Below the pieces are notes generated by a model. It ran no database searches. It was not told the DNA's origin and was given only the letters and a program-made list of their open reading frames with translations. The translations under genes were made by a program, and so were the position numbers. Shown in pieces: positions 18,482 to 24,841 of a stretch of DNA of 38,939 nt. Each line of letters starts with the position of its first letter. Position 1 is the first letter of the stretch. This DNA comes from a virus (taxonomy: Duplodnaviria > Caudoviricetes): positions 1 through 38,939 of IMG/VR virus record IMGVR_UViG_3300037483_000543. The stretch is one strand, 5' to 3'.

Positions 18482-19171
18482 TTATAACAGTTTGAAAAAT
18501 ATTTTTTTACATAACTCAATATCAAACTTTGCATCGTGAAGCATTCCATCGATCTTAATATCTAAGACCTTCGCGATTGTAGCTTGTTTAAAATCCTGAA
18601 GCCGGTTCCGGGTGTGGAAAAATTTCATTATAGCTTGCTGAACGACATCCAAGGGTGGAAACGAGATCCACGATACATAATAAGAATCATTGTTTTTTCT
18701 AAAAAACTCCCGCAAAATAGCATCGTCAAATTGTGCATTGTACGCAACAAGCTGAAACTTATCCATACGATCAAATTTGTTCACGTATTTAGAAAACATA
18801 TTTATTATTTCTGTATACACAGTTCGCGGATTCGGAAAGCTTTTAATTTGTTCAAGTGTGATCTCATTTACTTCCAGCGCCTTTTCAGATATCGTATCAT
18901 TTCCAAATACATTAAGCCGGTAATCAAAGCTTTCCATATTTTTAATGAGAAAAATTTTCCCAAATCGATCTGTAAAATATGACTCGTTTTCTTTTAAGAA
19001 AGTCGGATCATGTTCTCCCTGTACATTTTCCATAATAACAATTTCGCCGGAAATTTGAATTACTCCCGGATTTCTTTTTTCTTCAAAATTATTTGAAAGT
19101 CGGTCCGTGGTTTCGGTATCTACAAAAAGTAGTTTTGTGATATTACGTTCATAAATATTTGTTCCTGTCAT
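18482..19171 (-). CDS. DEDDh 3'-5' exonuclease (DnaQ-like)
   Basis: FVDTETT, AYNAQFD, LHDAKFDI. Confidence 0.9.
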   Translation of the reverse strand: MTGTNIYERNITKLLFVDTETTDRLSNNFEEKRNPGVIQISGEIVIMENVQGEHDPTFLKENESYFTDRFGKIFLIKNMESFDYRLNVFGNDTISEKALEVNEITLEQIKSFPNPRTVYTEIINMFSKYVNKFDRMDKFQLVAYNAQFDDAILREFFRKNNDSYYVSWISFPPLDVVQQAIMKFFHTRNRLQDFKQATIAKVLDIKIDGMLHDAKFDIELCKKIFFKLL

Positions 19172-19187
19172 TTGAACACCTTTTTTT

Positions 19188-19841
19188 TTATTGAATAATT
19201 ATTTTTTCTTCATTGATTTTTGTTAACCCGGTAACTGTTATTTTTTCACGAAACACCTTTTCAACACCGGGAATTTTTTTCTTTTTGATTAAAACTGCTT
19301 CTTTGATCAATGAATTTGCTGGTTTTGGCTTAAAGTTGATTAGCAATTTTGGAAATGCGCTTTGAACAATTTTCTTTTCATCATTTGAAAGTGTTGTTAC
19401 GAATTCAAGATAAGGATCTGGAATTTTTTCAGGTTCGATTATTTCTATATCATCGCCGGAAATGTCCTTAAGTCCAATAACACCTCCCCGGAACCATTTG
19501 TTTTCATTTTCCCCTGAAATCTCAATTTCTCCAAATTGCCGCACAGCCCTTGATATAAATTTTTTGTAGTTATCAAGTTTCTTTTGTTTGCTTTGTGCCT
19601 TCAGCTTGTAGGAATCAGCCATTATTTTTGTAGCTTCGATTTCTTTTTGTTTCAGTAAAATATAATAACCAATCGCGTCTGATTTGTCTGATAATTCCTG
19701 TGAAAGTTTTTCGCAAAGTTCTGCATTCAATTCGCCGGTTTCCGGGTCCGCCGTTTCTTCTAACATAATGAAATCTTTCAGGATGTCATTAAGAGGACGT
19801 TTTGAAACTTTCGGTTCACTTTTTTGTTTAGCCATTTTCAT
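19188..19841 (-). CDS. Siphovirus gp157/Gam-like protein
   Basis: DPETGEL, K.DAI..Y coiled coil, IPD.Y, IK.A......IPGV. Confidence 0.75.
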   Translation of the reverse strand: MKMAKQKSEPKVSKRPLNDILKDFIMLEETADPETGELNAELCEKLSQELSDKSDAIGYYILLKQKEIEATKIMADSYKLKAQSKQKKLDNYKKFISRAVRQFGEIEISGENENKWFRGGVIGLKDISGDDIEIIEPEKIPDPYLEFVTTLSNDEKKIVQSAFPKLLINFKPKPANSLIKEAVLIKKKKIPGVEKVFREKITVTGLTKINEEKIIIQ

Positions 19842-19864
19842 TATTCCTTATTTTTTGTTTGAAT

Positions 19865-20056
19865 TCAATTGTTTTTCTGTAATGTTTCACGTGAAACAAT
19901 TACAAGAACATCTTTTCCGTCGAGTTCCAGCCGGTGGACATCAACAATTTTCGCCCCGGTTGCTTCAATCCAGATTTTCGGGATTGTGATAATTTTTGAA
20001 TTTTTCCCGCGATCACCGATTGAATATGTTTTGATATGATTAATTTGATTAAGCAT
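19865..20056 (-). CDS. AbrB/MazE-like swapped-hairpin DNA-binding protein
   Basis: GKNSKIITIPKIW motif; first gene after a promoter; GAGGGG RBS. Confidence 0.6.
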   Translation of the reverse strand: MLNQINHIKTYSIGDRGKNSKIITIPKIWIEATGAKIVDVHRLELDGKDVLVIVSRETLQKNN

Positions 20057-20088
20057 TTTTCCCCTCTTTTTGTTTAAGATGATGAAAG

Positions 20089-20117
20089 AATATATTACAA
20101 TAAATATAAAATAGCAA
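20089..20117 (-). promoter_or_regulatory. Putative promoter TTGCTA-N17-TATATT for the recombination/replication operon
   Basis: 17-bp spacer; shares TTGCTATTTTAT with the scaffold promoter. Confidence 0.6.
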
Positions 20118-20188
20118 CTGTTTTATTATTTATAGTCATTGTCTTTTTATTTGTTAGTGTACATATATTCACTATAAATTAAAATCAC

Positions 20189-20270
20189 GCAAAATAAGGC
20201 GTTTTAAGAGCCGATCATCTTCAGGCATATAATAGCTCGTTGAGTGTCGAGATCTCTTAAATCTGCTTTA
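20189..20270. repeat. 82-bp imperfect palindromic element, copy A (inverted relative to copy B)
   Basis: Reverse complement aligns without gaps to 13782-13863. Confidence 0.85.
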
Positions 20271-20359
20271 TTTGCGCTAATAAAAATATATGAATTGAAA
20301 GCGCCTGATTTACTGAGAAACAAAAAAATATCTCCCGGAATTAATCCTGAGGGATTGAT

Positions 20360-20440
20360 TTATAAAACCTTGCTTAAAATTACTAGAATTACAATGACCA
20401 GCATGAAAACATATAACGAATAGACTAAAAAAGTTTTCAT
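20360..20440 (-). CDS. 26-aa single-TM peptide (not in the ORF track)
   Basis: Hand translation MKTFLVYSLYVFMLVIVILVILSKVL; ATGA overlap with the upstream gene and AAGGAA RBS. Confidence 0.5.
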   Translation of the reverse strand: MKTFLVYSLYVFMLVIVILVILSKVL

Positions 20441-20643
20441 TTTCTTATTCCTTTATTTAATAAAAAATCTGCACCGTTTGAAAAATAATCACCCCGGATA
20501 AAAACAGCCCAAATTCCGGGATATATTTCTGATTTCAAAAATTCGATAGCATCCGATTTTGTGTTAAAAGTTATTTTAACATCCGGGTTACTGATCGACG
20601 CGAAACCGTGATTTCTTTTATCCGCCTGAAGTTTAATTTTCAT
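20437..20643 (-). CDS. Small hypothetical (early-type) protein
   Basis: ATGA-coupled. Confidence 0.6.
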   Translation of the reverse strand: MKIKLQADKRNHGFASISNPDVKITFNTKSDAIEFLKSEIYPGIWAVFIRGDYFSNGADFLLNKGIRK

Positions 20644-20879
20644 TTCATTACTCTTTTTTTAAATGATTTTAGGGGTTTTTTATAAGGACTTTCGGTCGAT
20701 GCTATTAATCGAAGGCTTTCAAATTCCGAATCAGGAACTTGATCCCCTTCTTTCCAATCTTTACCGGTAATATCAAAAGTGCAATAATACCGCGATCCGT
20801 GCTGGTTAATTCTTTCAACCGTATTGGCGTACTTCTTGCCCTTTGCGGTGTAAATATGGGTAATATTCTTATAATTCAT
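20640..20879 (-). CDS. Small hypothetical (early-type) protein
   Basis: AAGGA RBS. Confidence 0.65.
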   Translation of the reverse strand: MNYKNITHIYTAKGKKYANTVERINQHGSRYYCTFDITGKDWKEGDQVPDSEFESLRLIASTESPYKKPLKSFKKRVMK

Positions 20880-20893
20880 TTTGGATATCCTTT

Positions 20894-21088
20894 TTAATTT
20901 GTTTTATAAATAAATACTACATGGTTTTTAATGGTTGAAAATCGATTATTATCAGCAACAAACTTTTCAGCTTCCGATCTTGTGAAACAACCATTATTAT
21001 TTGCAACAAATACATTTACATATTCAATTGCTTTTTCGTTCTTATAATTATAATGTGACTTATTGCAATCCATGTTAAATTTTATCAT
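20894..21088 (-). CDS. Small hypothetical (early-type) protein
   Basis: AAGGAA RBS; first gene after the sigma54-like site. Confidence 0.6.
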   Translation of the reverse strand: MIKFNMDCNKSHYNYKNEKAIEYVNVFVANNNGCFTRSEAEKFVADNNRFSTIKNHVVFIYKTN

Positions 21089-21120
21089 TGTGTGTTTCCT
21101 TATTGTTATGCTTTATATTG

Positions 21121-21137
21121 TTCAATCCACGTGCCAA
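21121..21137 (-). promoter_or_regulatory. Sigma54 (RpoN)-type -24/-12 promoter, TTGGCACG-TGGA-TTGAA
   Basis: Matches TGGCACG-N4-TTGCW with a single C-to-A change at -12; 33 bp upstream of ATG 21088. Confidence 0.55.
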
Positions 21138-21315
21138 AACCCGGAAAGTTTGATTATATCCCGCATTGCAAACTATGAAAAGAGGAAGTGATTTAAATCA
21201 ACGGTAAGATCTACATGCCCCGGTAAAAATTACAGGTAGAAACTACCGAAATTAAATTCTTTGATAATAAGATGGGTTGTGTTATATTCGCATGACCTCA
21301 AACTTATTATTTGTT

Positions 21316-21349
21316 AAAAATAATAATTCGGTGCCCTAACAAGGCACCG
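21316..21349 (-). terminator. Terminator after the sigma factor gene
   Basis: CGGTGCC/GGCACCG 7-bp stem with AT-rich tails on both sides. Confidence 0.6.
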
Positions 21350-21352
21350 TTT

Positions 21353-21880
21353 TTATTTGTGTTCAATCAAACCTTTTTTAAGTTTTTCTTTTGCGGTCTT
21401 GAAAATTTTAGAAATATGAGCCGGTGAATACCCGGTTTGATTCACAATATCCGCCTGAGACATTCCATAAAACAAACATCCCGAAATCACTTTCTGATCA
21501 TGAGGAAGTTTTTTAATCGCTGATATCAAGGCTTCATTAAGTTCGATTTGTTCAATTCCATCCCCCGGATCTCCCGGATCGGCTGAAGGCAGTTCAATAC
21601 GCCGGTATCTTTTTCTTTCTTCATCAATAATTCTTAATGGAATAAATCTCAAAAGGTATGTTAAAAATTTGTTTTTGCGGCGCATGTCGAATTCTTTTTT
21701 AATCGCCTCAAGTAAAAAATCCTGTGCTATTGAATAACGTTCATCGAATTCAATGATAGATTTCCTTTGACATGCTTTTTTTAGTGCGCGGTCATAGTTG
21801 ATCATTAAAACTGATAAAGCTTTTTGGCTTTTTGTGCGGCGGTATAACTTAATAAGTTTTCGTGTGTTTTTATCATCCAT
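21353..21880 (-). CDS. Sigma70-family RNA polymerase sigma factor (regions 2 and 4 only)
   Basis: LLEAIKKEFD...KFLTY...I..RIIDE.R (region 2); LISAIKKLP.DQK.I......GMSQ.DI....G.S (region 4). Confidence 0.85.
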   Translation of the reverse strand: MDDKNTRKLIKLYRRTKSQKALSVLMINYDRALKKACQRKSIIEFDERYSIAQDFLLEAIKKEFDMRRKNKFLTYLLRFIPLRIIDEERKRYRRIELPSADPGDPGDGIEQIELNEALISAIKKLPHDQKVISGCLFYGMSQADIVNQTGYSPAHISKIFKTAKEKLKKGLIEHK

Positions 21881-21883
21881 AAT

Positions 21884-21918
21884 AAAAAAAGCCTTTCAGG
21901 GGGCGAGTCCGAAAGGCT
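21884..21918 (-). terminator. Terminator-like hairpin in the sigma factor leader
   Basis: AGCCTTTC...GAAAGGC followed by T7; ends 3 nt before the ATG. Confidence 0.65.
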
Positions 21919-21959
21919 CAAGGAATGCAAAATGAAAAGGCTAAAAAAACAGCTAAATC

Positions 21960-21988
21960 AATATAAATCCCGAACCTTAAAAAAGCAA
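21960..21988 (-). promoter_or_regulatory. Putative promoter TTGCTT-N17-TATATT
   Basis: 17-bp spacer; directly after the endolysin stop. Confidence 0.55.
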
Positions 21989-21990
21989 GG

Positions 21991-22515
21991 TTATATTAAT
22001 ATTACACCCCATGACTTTGGAGCCGCTCTACCCAAAACACCCCTTGAATCAACATGTAAGAAATTAGAGTAATAACCAAAGCCCATATCAATATCTCTTA
22101 ATTCGGTTGATAATATGTCTGTGGAATAAAAATTAAGTTTATTAAATCTAAATGCGAAAGGCTGTTTTGTGAATTGATGCATTTCTCGGAGTTTTGAAAT
22201 GTCCCAATCCGTCGGTCTAAGATCCAAAGCATTAAAAGCAATATGCAAAGAATGAAGCGGAACCGGTATTTCCGGTAAACCTTCCCGCCTTCGTTTTTTG
22301 TTGATATCATTATAAACCATTTTTTGATGGTCCAAGCTTCTATAAGCCGACGAAATTGTAATTGAAAAGCCCAAAGAATCACGCATGTAATCAACATAAA
22401 TGATCGTTGGAATAATGTTTTCAATTAAATCATACGGGATCTTTTCCCCGCGTAAAATTTCCTTTTCAGTAAACCATTTTACATGAAGCTTTAATAATTT
22501 TCTCAAATTATCCAT
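21991..22515 (-). CDS. Endolysin, peptidase M15 family
   Basis: ISSAYRS, SLH....ALD, GFGYY.NFLHVDSRG zinc motifs; probable start MDNLRK at 22515. Confidence 0.85.
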   Translation of the reverse strand: MDNLRKLLKLHVKWFTEKEILRGEKIPYDLIENIIPTIIYVDYMRDSLGFSITISSAYRSLDHQKMVYNDINKKRRREGLPEIPVPLHSLHIAFNALDLRPTDWDISKLREMHQFTKQPFAFRFNKLNFYSTDILSTELRDIDMGFGYYSNFLHVDSRGVLGRAAPKSWGVILI

Positions 22516-22982
22516 AGAAAAAACCCCGCTAAAGTTGTTAGTGATAAAATAAGAAATCTCCAAAACCATTCGTTTTCATAAAAAGCCGGATAAATTATCT
22601 TAGGTACCTGTATAGTTATTGAGTCTGTAACTGTTTTGAATAGCGGCTTAACTTCTATTTCCCAATCCCAATCTGAAATTTTCTCAATGACATTTACTTT
22701 TATTTTTGCCTTCGCTTTGTACGAAAGTGAATCAGATTTGTATACCAGCGAATCAGCATAAATTTGAATTTCATTTCCCAATGAATTCGAATCCAATTGT
22801 AATAATGGGACTTCATGCCGCGCTACTTCAAAAATTGGGATTTGATGTTGAAAAGTTACAGTCGTTTTTCCAGGTTCCGGAAAAATTATTTCTATTGTCG
22901 AAACCTTCCAGCGATACCCCAAAAACACACCGAAAACAAACATAAAAACAATTATTAAAGAATAGATAAGATCTTTATTCAT
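22503..22982 (-). CDS. Membrane protein with N- and C-terminal TM segments (spanin-like)
   Basis: Hydrophobic termini flank a beta-rich exported region; lies in the lysis cassette. Confidence 0.55.
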   Translation of the reverse strand: MNKDLIYSLIIVFMFVFGVFLGYRWKVSTIEIIFPEPGKTTVTFQHQIPIFEVARHEVPLLQLDSNSLGNEIQIYADSLVYKSDSLSYKAKAKIKVNVIEKISDWDWEIEVKPLFKTVTDSITIQVPKIIYPAFYENEWFWRFLILSLTTLAGFFLWII

Positions 22983-23350
22983 TAAAGCGTTTTGGCTTCT
23001 TTTTTAGCAAGTGCATGCGATGCACCCAATACGAGCCATCCCCCGCCGATCTGGATGATATATTCCAAGAACTTCATAATCGATTCGCTCACTTCAATTC
23101 CAAATATTGTTATGATAAAATATCCCAACATCGGGACCGCTACAATCAAAGCCCCTGCCATTGTCTTTGTTTTAAACATTTCTGCATAACTATCAAATGT
23201 ACTTCTAAAATTAGTTATGCCGAAAAACCCGCCAACGGTTGCAAGTAATCCAATTACAAGCTCTGAAGTTCCCGGATCGTTTATTACAAACCCGAAAAGA
23301 AATGCAATTACCAGGGCAATGACGCCCGCAACTAAAGATTTAACGTTCAT
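22982..23350 (-). CDS. Holin-like 4-TM protein
   Basis: Four hydrophobic helices and a basic C-terminus; next to the endolysin. Confidence 0.6.
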   Translation of the reverse strand: MNVKSLVAGVIALVIAFLFGFVINDPGTSELVIGLLATVGGFFGITNFRSTFDSYAEMFKTKTMAGALIVAVPMLGYFIITIFGIEVSESIMKFLEYIIQIGGGWLVLGASHALAKKEAKTL

Positions 23351-23384
23351 TTTGAATCCTTTTTTTAGTGAGGGAAAAAAGTTT

Positions 23385-24278
23385 CTAATCTATTTTCAAA
23401 ACTTTTTCATAAAATTTGACTTCGCCGATATCGGACCAAGAATTTTTACCGCCGGTCACTTCCAAATAAAGAGCCGATCCGATAAAATTAATTTCATGTC
23501 TACTATACAACTCCGACCGCGTCGAATCTTCTAAAATTAAATCACTGAAATTAAACACCTTAAAACTATGAGTAAAATTATCATACCAGGCATAAGTATT
23601 GATCTCAATAAAGTCAATTTTTTTTACTTCCCCAAATCCGAAAATAGCTTGATGCGGATATCCAGGAACCGCCCAACGCGTACCCTTATTTTCCAAACTT
23701 AGCATCGGGATATTATCAATCAAATTTAATTCCGTTCCAGCCGCAACAGTATCAACCTTAACCGAAACCGGGACGATTTCAATTAAGTCAAATACAGGAT
23801 CCCTGAAAACTTCAACAGTATCGATTCGATTTGATCTTGCAAGATCTAAAGAGTCGCGCAAATCTTCAGCTTTTAATAGCAATTCATCAATCCTGATTGT
23901 AAGCTGATTAGCCGTTAAGGTCAACGAACTAATTATATTATTATATGCAAGCTTCAACGAATCTATTGAAAACCGATGAACATTTTCGAGCGAATCCAGG
24001 GCGGCACCTTTATGATTTTCAAAATCTTTAATAAGGTCTGTGATTTTATTATCATAGAATTCATTAAGATTTTTGTTCTTGGACTCCATCGAGTCAATTT
24101 CATTGTTATAATAATTGTTCAAATTTTGCAATTGCTTTTCCCAAAACAGATTGATTGAATCGATCTTTATTGAGTAAAAAACATCTAAAGAATCATTATT
24201 ATTTCCTGAGTCGTTAACCGGTGCATCTTGGCATGAAATAAATAAAACAATAAACAATAACATTAAGATTGATCTCAT
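23385..24278 (-). CDS. Lipoprotein with coiled coil and C-terminal discoidin (F5/8 type C)-like domain
   Basis: Lipobox FISC(16); helical region; TRW...FGEVKKIDFIEI...NSWSDIGEVKFY. Confidence 0.7.
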   Translation of the reverse strand: MRSILMLLFIVLFISCQDAPVNDSGNNNDSLDVFYSIKIDSINLFWEKQLQNLNNYYNNEIDSMESKNKNLNEFYDNKITDLIKDFENHKGAALDSLENVHRFSIDSLKLAYNNIISSLTLTANQLTIRIDELLLKAEDLRDSLDLARSNRIDTVEVFRDPVFDLIEIVPVSVKVDTVAAGTELNLIDNIPMLSLENKGTRWAVPGYPHQAIFGFGEVKKIDFIEINTYAWYDNFTHSFKVFNFSDLILEDSTRSELYSRHEINFIGSALYLEVTGGKNSWSDIGEVKFYEKVLKID

Positions 24279-24280
24279 AA

Positions 24281-24736
24281 TTAATCCTTTTTAGAAATTA
24301 TTATTTTTTTTTCATTTTCTATAAGTATAACTATAGCTTTTACATCTTTCCCAATTTCATTTATTGAACTATTTACAGTAATAAATTTTTCGTTTATCTG
24401 ATCTTTTAATGCGCCGAACCGCTCGATGTAATTTTTTTGTGAATCCGATAATTCACGCCCCAAAGCTTTTACACTATTGTTTACAACTTCAAACTTATCA
24501 TTTATTTGTTCTTTCAGATTTGCAATTCGTTCTATATAATCACTTTTCGAATTTCGTATTTCTTCAGACAATTTATCAACTTTATCATCGACGCCCCTTT
24601 CATATTTATTCATTTGATCGATATGTGTTGAAAATTTTTTGTCCATACTTTTCACCTCTCGGCGATTCTCAAACCAAATATAAACTAACAAAGGTATTAT
24701 AAGTACCGTTGTAATCTCCCAAATGTTAAGATCCAC
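24281..24736 (-). CDS. Single-TM coiled-coil protein (holin/antiholin-like)
   Basis: N-terminal TM; internal 36-aa tandem duplication. Confidence 0.6.
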   Translation of the reverse strand: MDLNIWEITTVLIIPLLVYIWFENRREVKSMDKKFSTHIDQMNKYERGVDDKVDKLSEEIRNSKSDYIERIANLKEQINDKFEVVNNSVKALGRELSDSQKNYIERFGALKDQINEKFITVNSSINEIGKDVKAIVILIENEKKIIISKKD

Positions 24737-24841
24737 ATTTCACCCTTTCAAATAATTTATCAAGGATTTGATTTTCGGACAATGTTTAATCAATGTTAAA
24801 TCTCTTTTTCATAACAGTATCATTGGTTAATTATTTTGAAA

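Noticed and set aside
21285-21320. dif-like site (TATTCGCATGA...TTTGTTAAA) for XerCD integration
   Set aside because: Arm spacing is 12-13 bp rather than 6 and the XerD arm is degenerate in AT-rich DNA.
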